Part shown: piece by piece, positions 31,341 through 41,901 of the stretch | Numbering within the stretch: position 1 is the first letter of the stretch | Layout of the letters: the number at the start of each line of letters is the position of its first letter | Source: Nitrospirota bacterium | GTDB lineage: Bacteria; Nitrospirota; Nitrospiria; Nitrospirales; NS-4 | NCBI GenBank assembly: GCA_963788195.1 | Contig: CAWBGA010000012.1 | Span: 1 to 64,000 of the forward strand | Reading direction: 5' to 3' | Length of the DNA: 64,000 nt | Program-made: the position numbers and the translations under genes | Notes under the pieces: model-generated | Told to the model about the DNA's origin: nothing | The model's database searches: none | What the model saw: only the letters and a program-made list of their open reading frames with translations

Positions 31341-31611
31341 GAAGGTCCTCAGTAAACTTTACGGTACGATAGACGAGACTTTAGGCTCAAATTATCTACC
31401 GTAGACCCTCTGAATGCAATCAAAAAGAAGACCTAGCGGTAGCCACAAAAAGAGTCATATTCCCCCAGCGTGTAGGCCTTTCGCCCCCAGTAGAAACAGC
31501 GCTTGCTGCAGGGAGCGGGAGCGCAGGGCGCTTTTATTGCTGTCGCCACATTAGTATCACTTGGTATCACCTTTACCTGTACCTCTTTTAACAGGATACC
31601 CCCCGATATAG

Positions 31612-32784
31612 TTATGTGTTTTTACTGTAAATGAACATGCAGCCCAAATCATCAGCAAATGTCAGGCCGAGCCGGGTCGCACGCAAACGGTCTCCGTTAA
31701 ACTCTAGCCAGCGGAGATTCAACGCGGTCTCGATGGGCTTCTGAAACCGCTCCAGGACCATGACCCTGTAGCGGCGCTGTAGCCGTTTCCAATCCACCCC
31801 GCTCACAAGGCGTAGACCAAAGGCAAAGGCTTCCCGTAGTCGTAAATCCTCGTCAGCTTGATCTCGTTCAACAAGCGGGAACGCATCCCGAAGCAATGAA
31901 GCATGATACGCGTCCAGCGATTCGACGTTCGAAAAACGTTCCCCATTAAGGTACGAATGGGCCGCAGGCCCCAGACCCAGCCATTCCCGATCTATCCAAT
32001 AGCCAAGATTGTGGCGACACATAAAGCCAGATCGCGCAAAATTCGATATCTCATATTGATGGTACCCTGCCGCCTCGAGAGCGTCGCTTCCCCTTTCGGA
32101 CATCTTCGCCATCAGCTCATCAGTGGCCAGCATGACACGTCCAGCTTCTGCATCATGGGCGAGTCTGGTTCCTTCCTCAACCGTCAGACCGTAGAAGGAA
32201 ATGTGGTCCGGTTCCAATGCGATCGCGGAGTTGACATTCGATTCGAGCCGTTCAAGCGATTGGCCAGGCAGGCCGTAGATCAGATCAAGATTTAGATTTG
32301 AGAAGCCGCCCTGCCGGGCGAAGCGGACAGTCCGTTCGATATCGATAGGGGTATGGGGCGATCCTATGGATTTCAACTCCTCGGTATCAAATGATTGCGC
32401 TCCCAGGCTCAAGCGGTTGCATCCGGCCTCCGTGAGCGCCTTATGCGTGGGTTCATCCAGCCCTGATGGATTTGCTTCGACGGTGATCTCAACAGCAGGA
32501 TCCACCAGGAACGACCTCCGGCAGGCCTGCAAAATCTCACGTAACTGATCTGGAGTAAGGCTGGTTGGTGTCCCACCGCCCAGATATATCGACTCTATAA
32601 CTCGGCCTCGTAAGGCCTGGCTACGTCCGTATAGGTGAATCTCGCAAAGCAGATCCTTTACAAAAGTCGCAGCCTGCGCCTCACGAAACCCGCGCGTAAA
32701 GAAGGAACAGAAGTGGCATCGCCGCTCGCAGAAAGGAACATGCACGTAAAGCCCGACACTGTCTTCACGAAGGCTTAGGGACAT
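31612..32784 (-). CDS. hemW: Radical SAM heme chaperone HemW
   Basis: YVHVPFCERRCHFC, GGGTP, DLIYGLPGQ, YEISNFA, HNLGYW. Confidence 0.9.
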   Translation of the reverse strand: MSLSLREDSVGLYVHVPFCERRCHFCSFFTRGFREAQAATFVKDLLCEIHLYGRSQALRGRVIESIYLGGGTPTSLTPDQLREILQACRRSFLVDPAVEITVEANPSGLDEPTHKALTEAGCNRLSLGAQSFDTEELKSIGSPHTPIDIERTVRFARQGGFSNLNLDLIYGLPGQSLERLESNVNSAIALEPDHISFYGLTVEEGTRLAHDAEAGRVMLATDELMAKMSERGSDALEAAGYHQYEISNFARSGFMCRHNLGYWIDREWLGLGPAAHSYLNGERFSNVESLDAYHASLLRDAFPLVERDQADEDLRLREAFAFGLRLVSGVDWKRLQRRYRVMVLERFQKPIETALNLRWLEFNGDRLRATRLGLTFADDLGCMFIYSKNT

Positions 32785-33624
32785 GTGACGACCATGTTAT
32801 CTATGAGCCGCGTATCGCCGATCCAGACAGCCAGAAGCAGCACCACTCGCTCTTTCACCACCCGCAGTTCAACTAACGTGGCGGGATCCGCCACGGCAGC
32901 ATAGTCCAGGCGGGCCAAGGATTCCCTCTTGATCCCACGAATCATCGCCTGGCGAACTTTCGTCCCCGAACGCTCTCCCTCTCGAACCAAGGCGCGCGCA
33001 GCGGTTAACGCGCCGAAGATGGCGCGGGCAGCCTTTCGTTCGGGACCTGAGAAGAGGCGGTTCCGCGAACTGAACGCCAATCCATCTAGTTCCCGAACCG
33101 TCGGGCAACGGACGATTTGGATCGGCAGGTCCAAGTCCCGTACCATCTGCTTTACCACCATCACCTGCTGGATAATCCTTCTGTCCGAAAAAGGCCCGAT
33201 CCGGACCAATCAGGTGGAACAATTTTGTGACAACTGTCGTCACGCCTTCGAAGTGCCCCGGTCGCGACCGTCCCTCAAATTGCTCAGTGAGGTGGTTGAC
33301 CTTCACCGCGGTCTGAAAACTTTCCGGGTAAAGTTCACCCACCTGCGGAAGAAAAACGACGTCGGCTCCTTCCCGTCGGCATAAACGAAGGTCCTCGGCC
33401 ATTGAACGCGGATACCGATCCAAGTCCTGCCCCGGACCGAACTGTAGAGGATTCACAAAAATACTGACGGCAACGGCATCTGTCGCGCGTCTTGCGGCAC
33501 GAATCAGGGACGCGTGACCTTCATGAAGCGCGCCCATCGTAGGGACGAAGCCAATGCTCTTACCAGATGCGCGGCGGGCGAGCGCCCACGCACGAATCGC
33601 TCTACGGGTCCGGATCGTCTGCAT
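32775..33624 (-). CDS. panC: Pantoate-beta-alanine ligase (frameshift ~33170)
   Basis: [46 protein letters not shown]. Confidence 0.93.
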
Positions 33625-34175
33625 TAAGAAATCGGTAGCCCACAACGCTGTCCCTCCCGACTCCACGGCACTACAGGATCAGGCAAACGACGCACCTCAT
33701 GTTGATCTCGAACTTCAGCCAGCAGCGTCGACATTGTCTGGGACAGTACCGGATGCCGGAGGTCCGGGGCCAGTTCGGCAAGAGGAGCCAGCACAAATCG
33801 TCGCAGGTGGAGCCGCGGATGGGGTACGATCAATCCGTTCGGCCCCGGCTCATTTATGACGTGATTCCCATAGAACAGAAGATCGAGGTCAAGCGTCCTC
33901 GGGCCGCTGCGATCCTGAAGATTTCGCCCGAGACCGCGTTCCGTCTCTAACAATATCTCCATGAGCCGATGAATTGGCAACTGCGTTTCCACCCGTGCCA
34001 CGAGGTTGAGAAATGGCCCGCCGACATCGCCGACTGGTTCAGTTTCGTACGCCGAAGAATATCCGCTCAGCGCGCTTCGGGGGAGCATACCTAGCAGGCC
34101 CAGCGCGCGGGAGCAGAAGTCCCGCCGATCGCCGAGATTCGAGCCGATGCCGATATACGCGTCAACCTTTGGCAT
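33624..34175 (-). CDS. folK: 6-hydroxymethyl-7,8-dihydropterin pyrophosphokinase
   Basis: [36 protein letters not shown]. Confidence 0.93.
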   Translation of the reverse strand: MPKVDAYIGIGSNLGDRRDFCSRALGLLGMLPRSALSGYSSAYETEPVGDVGGPFLNLVARVETQLPIHRLMEILLETERGLGRNLQDRSGPRTLDLDLLFYGNHVINEPGPNGLIVPHPRLHLRRFVLAPLAELAPDLRHPVLSQTMSTLLAEVRDQHEVRRLPDPVVPWSREGQRCGLPIS

Positions 34176-35350
34176 CCAGTCCTATCTTCTCAATACGCTC
34201 CACCGCCTCCGCCAGGCGTTCCTTTTGAAGTACACAGTGTCATTCGGATATAGCCTTCGCCCGCCTGGCCAAACCCATTGCCCGGCGTGGTCACGATGCC
34301 GCCCTTCTCCAGCAGATGCGCGGTGAATGCCGTTGACGTAAACCCCTTCGGTACGGTGATCCAGACATAAAACGCGGCGTGGAGCGGCTCAACCTCAAGG
34401 CCGATTCGCTTCAGGCCGGTCAAGAGCAGATCGCGCCGCTCCTGGTAGATGGAACGAATGCCGTCCACCAGGGCCTCCCCGGACTCTAACGCCGCGATTC
34501 CTGCCTCCTGCACCGCCTGAAATACTCCTGAGTCGAGGTTGCTCTTTACTTTGCCCAACGCCGCGAGGACTTGCGCGTTCCCGACGGCGAAGCCGATGCG
34601 CCAGCCGGTCATGTTGAAGGTCTTCGACAAGGAATGAAACTCCACCCCGACGTCTTTGGCACCCTCAGCTTCCAGGAAGCTCGCGGGACGGCGCCCGTCG
34701 TAATAAATCTCAGAATATGCGGCATCATGGCAGATGATGATCTTGTGTTCCTGCGCGAACTCCACCACGCGCCTGAAAAACTCTTTCCCCGCCGTCGCCG
34801 AAGTCGGATTGTTCGGATAGTTGAGGAACATAAGCTTCGCCTTGCGCGCGACCTCGGAAGGGATGGCCGCGAGGTCGGGGATGTAATGATTGGCCTTGGT
34901 CAGCGGCATCATGTAAGTGGTGGCTCCCGCAAAACCGGCGGCCACCGGGTAGACAGGGTAGCCGGGTGTCGGTACCAACACGACATCTCCTGGATTGACC
35001 AACGCAAGCGGGACGTGCCCAATCCCTTCCTTGGAACCGATGAGCGTGAGTACCTCGTTTGCAGCAGCCAGCGTGACCCCAAAACGACGTTGGTACCACT
35101 TCGCCACCGCTTCGCGAAACGTGAGCATCCCCTCATACGATGGATACTGATGGTGCTTGGGATTACCCACTTCCTGTCGCATCCGGTCGATGATCGGCGC
35201 CGGTGTCGGCAGGTCGGGATCGCCGATGCCCAGGTTGATGATGTCCATCCCCCGCGCAATGGCTTTTTTCTTCATCTCATCAATCGCCGCGAAGAGATAC
35301 GGCGGAAGGGTCTGAATCCGATCAGCAGGTTCGATTGAAAAGCCGGCCAT
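34170..35350 (-). CDS. dapL: LL-diaminopimelate aminotransferase (class I/II aminotransferase); indel near the 3' end
   Basis: LPPYLFA, LGIGDPDLPTP, LIGSKEG, NYPNNPT, HDAAY, SLSKTFNMTGWRIG. Confidence 0.82.
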
Positions 35351-35435
35351 GTCAGTCTGCTCCTTATAAGAATGACTTACAGCGTACTGCAGCGGGCGTG
35401 GAAAAGAAACGGGTTTTTGACAGATACCAGATGCC

Positions 35436-36737
35436 ATGTTAGCGTGCGCTATGGCGCGAAAGCGAATAGGTGCCTGGGTCTGTTTTGGGATACTTATACT
35501 TACGTGGGCGGCGGCCGGTTCCGCCGCTGAGCGTCAGGTCTCTTCTCTTCGTGTCCTCATCCTAGAGTATCTTGCAATCGAGGATGGCCTCAAGGCGGAC
35601 GATTTGCTCCGGCAGATCGTAAGCCGCGACGATGCCACATTGACAACTGTGACGTCGATTCTCCGAGAGGGTAGAAGCTACATGTCAGCCCCTGTTGGAT
35701 TGCAGCCGGGGCAGGAAATAGCGGTTGGTACCCGAGTCTTCGAATATGGTCTGTATGTCCCCAAGAACTACCGCCCCGAACAGGCATACCCGCTTGTGGT
35801 TTGCCTTCACGGAGCCGGCTTCACCGGGGATGCATATCTCGAACGGTGGCAGACGCGACTGGGAGACAGTTACATCCTGGCATGCCCCACGCTGATGCAT
35901 GCCGACTGGTGGACCCGCACCGCGGAAGAACTGGTGTTGACGACCATTCGGGCCATCACCGCGACGTACCATGTGGACCCGGACCGCGTATTCCTCACCG
36001 GTATGTCGAACGGTGGAATCGGCGCCTATCTAATAGGAGCTCATCATGCCCATCGGTTTGCGGCGGTTCTGCCGATGGCCAGTGGTCTGGATAGCGTATT
36101 GATGCCCTTCCTTGAGAATTTTTACGCAACTCCGCTGTATATCATCCACGGCGCACAAGATCAGGTCATGCCCGTCGAACTCAGTCGCTCGATCGTCGAT
36201 GTGCTTACAGCATTGAACTATACCTATGTCTACCGCGAGCACGATCAGGTCCATCCGATGGCCGGCGGTCATTTTTTTCCACGGGACGAGCTCGGTGATT
36301 TGGTAGCATGGCTGGGGCGGCAACATCGAGACCGTTACCCAAAGAGGCTCAGAGTTGTAGAGGACGCCTCACACCTTCAGCGTTTCGGCTGGTTACGGAT
36401 CGATGCGACAGATCACATTGCTTCCTTTACGGAGGCACTGGTTGATCGCCAAGATCAGGCTATCAAGTCCCGTCTGTATGCCAGACTAGACGCCACGATC
36501 ACCGACAATACCATTGTCGTGCAATCCCAGCGTGTTCGCCGCTGTACCCTGTTCCTCAATGAGAAACTCATCGACCTCACTCGGCCGATCACCGTCATCA
36601 CTAACGGAACTGTCAGCGTGAATGCGGTGATCGTCCCTCAGGTTCAGACGCTCCTGAAGGAAGCCCGCGCGCGTCACGATCAGGGGACGCTGTATCCTGC
36701 CTCCGTCACTGTCGACGTATCGACCCCTGCGCAGTGA
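35436..36737 (+). CDS. Secreted alpha/beta hydrolase (esterase/peptidase-like)
   Basis: Signal peptide, LHGAG, GMSNGG nucleophile elbow, HGAQD, GGH. Confidence 0.8.
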   Translation: MLACAMARKRIGAWVCFGILILTWAAAGSAAERQVSSLRVLILEYLAIEDGLKADDLLRQIVSRDDATLTTVTSILREGRSYMSAPVGLQPGQEIAVGTRVFEYGLYVPKNYRPEQAYPLVVCLHGAGFTGDAYLERWQTRLGDSYILACPTLMHADWWTRTAEELVLTTIRAITATYHVDPDRVFLTGMSNGGIGAYLIGAHHAHRFAAVLPMASGLDSVLMPFLENFYATPLYIIHGAQDQVMPVELSRSIVDVLTALNYTYVYREHDQVHPMAGGHFFPRDELGDLVAWLGRQHRDRYPKRLRVVEDASHLQRFGWLRIDATDHIASFTEALVDRQDQAIKSRLYARLDATITDNTIVVQSQRVRRCTLFLNEKLIDLTRPITVITNGTVSVNAVIVPQVQTLLKEARARHDQGTLYPASVTVDVSTPAQ

Positions 36738-36892
36738 TATTGGCTCAGCGTTTTTGGCCCGCGGCCCTCTAAACGCCAGGGTGCGGAGGTTGGACATTTC
36801 CGAAGGCGAAACGGACTCTTTGTACAGGGCCGGCGCTACATCTTAGGGTCATAATCAAGCTCACGACAGCAATTGAAATCGGCTCAGGTAGC

Positions 36893-37684
36893 ATGCTCGT
36901 CCATATCATCGCGGACTATGGGATCGGCGATCTTGCGTTCGCTGAAGTCGTGCAGCGGATCGAGGTCCATCTTCCGGATGCAGAGTTTGTCCTCACCTCG
37001 GTTCCGCCTTTTGCGACTCTGGCCGCAGGATTCTGCATCGCACAGTTAGCCTTGAACCCAGCGCCCCCATACACCCTCGTCTACCATAACATCGCTCCCC
37101 GTCAGGATGACGAAGACCCTCGCAGAGGCAATTCCGGAGAGAGGTTGGCATTCGCGCGCCTTGCCACCGGGGTTCACGTCATCGGCGTCAATTCCGGATA
37201 CACCTTCTCTTTTCTCCGCAACGCGGCCGAGGAATTGCGGTGGGCGGCGGTAGCGGCAGAGGGGTCGCAGTTCCGATCGCGGGATCTATTTCCGCAGGCC
37301 GCGGCAGCCATCATCCTTGGGAAAAGTGGCTCGCTCGGGGAGGCTATCAAGCAAGACGACATTCCCGAGGTCCCGGACAACCAGCTTGCGTACATCGATG
37401 GCTACGGAAACATGAAGACCACGGTAAGAGCTGACCAAAAACGCCCGCCGGCCAGGACAATCGTCACTGTCACAATAGGAAGCCGCACGGAGAAAGCGGT
37501 GTTTTCCGACGATTCCTTCGGAGTCCCGGTCGGTCAGCTGGCGTTTGCGCCCGGAAGCAGCGGGTGGACCATACGTGGCCGGGAGACCCGCTGGATGGAA
37601 CTGTTCCTTCGCGGAGGCAGTGCGTGGGAAGCCTTCGGCCGGCCACCAGTTGGGTCAAGGATTCACTTGGAATGGATGATCTGA
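36893..37684 (+). CDS. SAM hydroxide adenosyltransferase / SAM-dependent halogenase family protein
   Basis: IIADYG..D, QFRSRDLFP, YIDGYGNMKT, GGSAWEAFG. Confidence 0.7.
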   Translation: MLVHIIADYGIGDLAFAEVVQRIEVHLPDAEFVLTSVPPFATLAAGFCIAQLALNPAPPYTLVYHNIAPRQDDEDPRRGNSGERLAFARLATGVHVIGVNSGYTFSFLRNAAEELRWAAVAAEGSQFRSRDLFPQAAAAIILGKSGSLGEAIKQDDIPEVPDNQLAYIDGYGNMKTTVRADQKRPPARTIVTVTIGSRTEKAVFSDDSFGVPVGQLAFAPGSSGWTIRGRETRWMELFLRGGSAWEAFGRPPVGSRIHLEWMI

Positions 37685-37749
37685 AAAGGCCTCCCCTTCA
37701 ATGGCGGGAAGAGCCTTCACGGCAGTGAGGAGACTTCGCGACAGAATCC

Positions 37750-38604
37750 TTAACAGGCTTTGCGCAAACGCCGTCTCCAGGCAAAAAGGCCAGCCAAACC
37801 TGATCCCAAAAGGACGAGAGAAGCCGGCTCAGGGACACCGGTGGGGGTGGGTTCAAATCCGCCGTCTGTAATTTGGACATTGCCGGCCAAGGTGGTCGCC
37901 TGGTTGTTTGTATCCAAATCCACGGGGTTCAGCCCTCCTATCGCCCCGAACGAATTATGAGTGGGATCGTTAATGTCATCAAAGGTGAGACCAAGGGATG
38001 CGCCAAACGGTGTGACATTGAACGGAGGAGCAGGCGGAATCGACGACACAGTGACCGGAAGATAACTATAAAGGCTCGACGTGGGTCCAGTAATATTAGT
38101 CGTCAGGCAACTGCCACTGGCAGGGAAGCACTCAGCGAGAGCGAGCAATCCTTTGCCGCTGTTGACAAAAGCCGTAATATCAGCTTTACGTGCGATCAAT
38201 CCATCGAGTTCTGCCTGGGTGAGCAATCCGCCAAACGATGAAGCGACGGCAATTGCAGTATAGTTGGAAAAATTAACGGTGGCCAGTTCTGCCGCATTCA
38301 CGCGATCATAATTCGTACCTAACGTTAAACCAATTGCCGTCAGCCCTAGCTCCCCCGCTCGATAGCCTGAGGGAGGGGAAATCCTTGATTCTACCCACAA
38401 AAATTTTGAAGCCGCTCCGTCGTCAAAAGTGCCACCAGTGACGAAGTTAAGGCCTTGCTGCAGCAGATTTTCTGCGCCAGCCGAATCCTGGGCATGGAAG
38501 TCCGGATCATGACCCGTTAAGAAAATCGGACCGGCCCACGCAATGGCCGGCACCAAAAACAAAGTCATCGCCAGGGCGACCACATAACCTCTCGAGATTC
38601 TCAT
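37750..38604 (-). CDS. PEP-CTERM sorting-domain surface protein
   Basis: Signal peptide plus C-terminal VPEPASLVLLGSGLAGLFAWRRRLRK. Confidence 0.92.
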   Translation of the reverse strand: MRISRGYVVALAMTLFLVPAIAWAGPIFLTGHDPDFHAQDSAGAENLLQQGLNFVTGGTFDDGAASKFLWVESRISPPSGYRAGELGLTAIGLTLGTNYDRVNAAELATVNFSNYTAIAVASSFGGLLTQAELDGLIARKADITAFVNSGKGLLALAECFPASGSCLTTNITGPTSSLYSYLPVTVSSIPPAPPFNVTPFGASLGLTFDDINDPTHNSFGAIGGLNPVDLDTNNQATTLAGNVQITDGGFEPTPTGVPEPASLVLLGSGLAGLFAWRRRLRKAC

Positions 38605-38685
38605 GACCCCTCCCAGTTTCCGGATGACCTTGCACATCATCAGAGTGGCAAGTATATAAACAGCATTTACTATAGCTACTATAGC

Positions 38686-38701
38686 AGCAATTACCGTGCC
38701 C
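38686..38701 (-). promoter_or_regulatory. Sigma-54 (-24/-12) promoter
   Basis: Minus strand GGGCACG-GTAA-TTGCT versus consensus TGGCACG-N4-TTGCW, ~80 bp upstream of the PEP-CTERM gene. Confidence 0.75.
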
Positions 38702-38955
38702 TGACTTTCGAGGGGGCCCTAGGTCGTTTAGATAAGAAGAAGAATTTGAGAATCATCTTCCGTAAAACTAAGCAGGCACAAGGCACCCTGTCAGAAATCT
38801 CGACACTCGCCAACAATGACGAAGACCGATGAAACACCTGGACTTTGCCATAAGGCGCTGATATTAAAAGAAAAGTAGGGTGCGGGCTTGTACAGTCTTT
38901 TCAGCGCGAGAACTGTGAAAGTGACAACTTTTCTGACAGGATTGTTTATCCTAGG

Positions 38956-40047
38956 TTAATTTGCTGATCGATCAAAGTCTTTGAGTCTCACGGGGAGACG
39001 CTTGGCGCCCCACGTGCCGGGCGGACCATCGAAAACACCGGCACAAGAAGCTCCGCAATCGCGGCAGCGACCATCATCCGTGAGGTTCCATTCGGTCATC
39101 ACATACCAGTCCCGGCCAATAGTCTTAGTACCGCAATCGTGACAGTACGTACTGCTGCCGGCTTCGTCGTGGATGTTGCCGGTATAGGGATAGCGGATCC
39201 CATTCTTCACAGCAATCCGGCGGGCGCGGGTCAGCGTGTCTGACGGTGTGGGAGGCTTTGCCAGCATCTTCCAATCAGGGTGAAACGCTGTAAAATGGAC
39301 TGGCACGTCCGCACCCAAATGCTCCATCACCCATTGCGTCAGTTCTTCAATTTCCGCTTCCGAGTCATTTTCTCCGGGGATCAGCAGGGTCGTGATCTCA
39401 AACCAGACCTTCGTTTCCCGCTTTAGGTAGATCAACGTCTCCAGCACCGGCCCCAAATGCGACGCGGTGATCTCCTTGTAGAACTTCTCGGTAAAGGCTT
39501 TAAGATCCACGTTCGCCGCGTCCATGTAGCGGTAGAACTCCGCGCGAGGCTCGGGACAGACATACCCCGCCGTCACCGCGACAGTCAAAATACCAAGTTC
39601 ATGGCAGGCCTGAGCGACGTCGATCGCGTACTCATGAAAGATGACGGGATCGTTGTACGTAAACGCGACGCTGCGGCATCCAAGTTCATGGGCAGCGCGG
39701 GCAATGGTCTCCGGGGACGCGGCATCGGCCAGAGTATCGATTTCCCGCGACTTGCTGATATCCCAATTTTGACAGAACTTGCAAGAAAGGTTGCACCCGG
39801 CCGTCCCGAAGGAGAGGACCGCCGTCCCCGGCAAGAAATGATTCAACGGCTTTTTCTCGATCGGATCGATGCAAAACCCGCTGGACCGGCCATAGGTGGT
39901 GAGCATCACTTCGCCACCTTCACAGGCGCGCACAAAGCACAGGCCCCGCTGGCCCTCTTGCAATTTACACAAGCGCGGGCAGAGGTCACACTGGACCCGC
40001 CCATCGTCCAGGCGATGCCAATATTTAGTGGGTACTATGGAGCTCAT
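38956..40047 (-). CDS. amrS: AmmeMemoRadiSam system radical SAM enzyme
   Basis: CDLCPRLC, DPIEKKPLNHF, GCNLSCKFCQNWDIS, AFTYNDP, FTAFHPDW. Confidence 0.92.
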   Translation of the reverse strand: MSSIVPTKYWHRLDDGRVQCDLCPRLCKLQEGQRGLCFVRACEGGEVMLTTYGRSSGFCIDPIEKKPLNHFLPGTAVLSFGTAGCNLSCKFCQNWDISKSREIDTLADAASPETIARAAHELGCRSVAFTYNDPVIFHEYAIDVAQACHELGILTVAVTAGYVCPEPRAEFYRYMDAANVDLKAFTEKFYKEITASHLGPVLETLIYLKRETKVWFEITTLLIPGENDSEAEIEELTQWVMEHLGADVPVHFTAFHPDWKMLAKPPTPSDTLTRARRIAVKNGIRYPYTGNIHDEAGSSTYCHDCGTKTIGRDWYVMTEWNLTDDGRCRDCGASCAGVFDGPPGTWGAKRLPVRLKDFDRSAN

Positions 40048-40172
40048 CCGCCCATCCCTAAGCGTCAATTATTATATCAAATTCGCTGAGGATAGGCTGT
40101 GTCACCAGTTACATCGATTGTTGAATTGTGCTTCGGCTGTGCGGGACGTGCAGATTAGAAACTAGGCTCAAG

Positions 40173-41195
40173 TTACTCAGCAGATCTGACCGGAGGCAGG
40201 GCCCCGAGATATTCGAAGGCGCCGCGCTGAACAAGCGGCGTATCGGCCCGCAGGCGGTAATCCCCCGCCGCGGGGTTGACAAAGTGAGGGTCGAGAGTTA
40301 GGTCCGTCTCATCCTTGAGATCCGGGGCAGGTTCCGGAGGACTTCCGGGACGGGCGTAGTCAGCGACTTCATTCCGGACCGCATTAAACGATAGTTTCGC
40401 GCGCGCCTGGGGATCGATCTGAATCCCCGACTTATTCGCACCGACGACGTTCCCCGTTAACACCGCCTCAGACTTGTCCAATACCAGTATGCCGGCGTCG
40501 TTCTTCACGATCGTGTTTCGAAGAAGCTCTGCCTTGGCTCCGCCCTGAAGTACCACCCCCGCGATCAGATTGTCCTGAATGAGATTGCCGATAAGCCGCA
40601 CCGAGGATTTCCCGGTGATGGTGACACCGTGATCGTGGTTTCGGATGACGTTGCCGGTCAACTCGCCCTCGGCATCGGCGAACGACACTCCTGTTGTCTC
40701 ACTGGTCATGATCACTGAGTATTCAATCCGCACCGCGGTGGCCTGCTGCACATAGAGAAGACCTAACACACGGACATTTGACAGCACGATTCGCGAGCCA
40801 TTAAAGATGCCAACAGCCAGGCCGCCGTTTTCTGCAATCGTGAGATCGCGGACTTCAATGTCAGTCGCCCCATAGGGCCACTTGCCCACGCGAAGGGCGC
40901 CGACTCGTTTCAGGCCATGGATGGTGACGCGGTCTCGGCCTTCCCCAACCAGTCTCAGGCCGTTTTTGCTATGGACGACCACGTCTTCACGATAATTGCC
41001 CGCCTTGATAAGAATGGTGGCGCCCGGCTTGGCATCATCGATCGCTCGCTGGATTTCCCGATAGGCGCCTGATCCGTCCTGGGAGACTACAATGACCGAG
41101 GAGGGTAAGGTGGGCTCAACGGCGAGCGCGACGGTCGCCAGAAACCAGAGCGCCCCCTGCACACCGGCACCTAAGAGCGCAACGATTCGGCTCAT
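40173..41195 (-). CDS. Secreted right-handed parallel beta-helix protein
   Basis: YREIQRAIDDA..G..I.I..GNYRE, repeated N-x-I-x-x-N rungs, DPHFVN..GDYRL. Confidence 0.8.
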   Translation of the reverse strand: MSRIVALLGAGVQGALWFLATVALAVEPTLPSSVIVVSQDGSGAYREIQRAIDDAKPGATILIKAGNYREDVVVHSKNGLRLVGEGRDRVTIHGLKRVGALRVGKWPYGATDIEVRDLTIAENGGLAVGIFNGSRIVLSNVRVLGLLYVQQATAVRIEYSVIMTSETTGVSFADAEGELTGNVIRNHDHGVTITGKSSVRLIGNLIQDNLIAGVVLQGGAKAELLRNTIVKNDAGILVLDKSEAVLTGNVVGANKSGIQIDPQARAKLSFNAVRNEVADYARPGSPPEPAPDLKDETDLTLDPHFVNPAAGDYRLRADTPLVQRGAFEYLGALPPVRSAE

Positions 41196-41901
41196 CTGAA
41201 GAGAGGGGTCCCAATCTGACCAGCCTTTTCGGCCATGACCTTGAACCCTTTTCGGGAGGTTAGGGAATGCAGTTGACTCCACAGAAAACCGCCCTCCGGT
41301 GGAGTACCGGCGCTCTTCTTAAATTCCAGAACCAACTGATTCGTGTAGCGGTCATCGGTGTGGCTTTGCCCCCAACCCGTAAGCAGATAGGCTAAGGCGT
41401 CCCCCAACACGAGCGCCGATTGTTCGCTCAAGCCCAGGCGCCGGCTGGCATAGTACCCGATGGCGGCATAGACCTCGCTGTGATCGGCGTCTTGAAGCCG
41501 TAGCTCCACGGATTGGGCTTTCTCGACTTCCAAGAGCGTCGCATCCGTAGTCTGCTCCCCTCCTCGGATGCCGTGCCCACGAGGGCCGGATTTTTCCAGC
41601 TTGAGGAGCGCCTGCACCGCTACGACTGAGACCGCCGGGGGCACTCCCCTGCGGTCCCGCCCGGCCATGATGCGCCAGTCTTCCAAATTCATCGGTCCGA
41701 TGTCGCCGGCCTGCGACAGTGCCTTTCTAAAGCGCTCCCACTCAAGCTTCAGCTGCGCCTTCATGGGCTCATCAAGAAGATCCTCATTCATTGTCAGCGC
41801 GATTGTACTGGTCTTTGTCGCATCCTTGCAATGTGCTATCTTTTGCAACAGCAAGATACGAAGAAGGGACAGAAACCACCCCGGCGGCCTTAAATAATCA
41901 T
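41192..41901 (-). CDS. Hypothetical protein, apparently 5'-truncated at the repeat
   Basis: The frame stays open upstream of the listed TTG (DDYLRPPGWFLSLLRI) into the repeat; stop overlaps the next start (ATGA). Confidence 0.55.
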
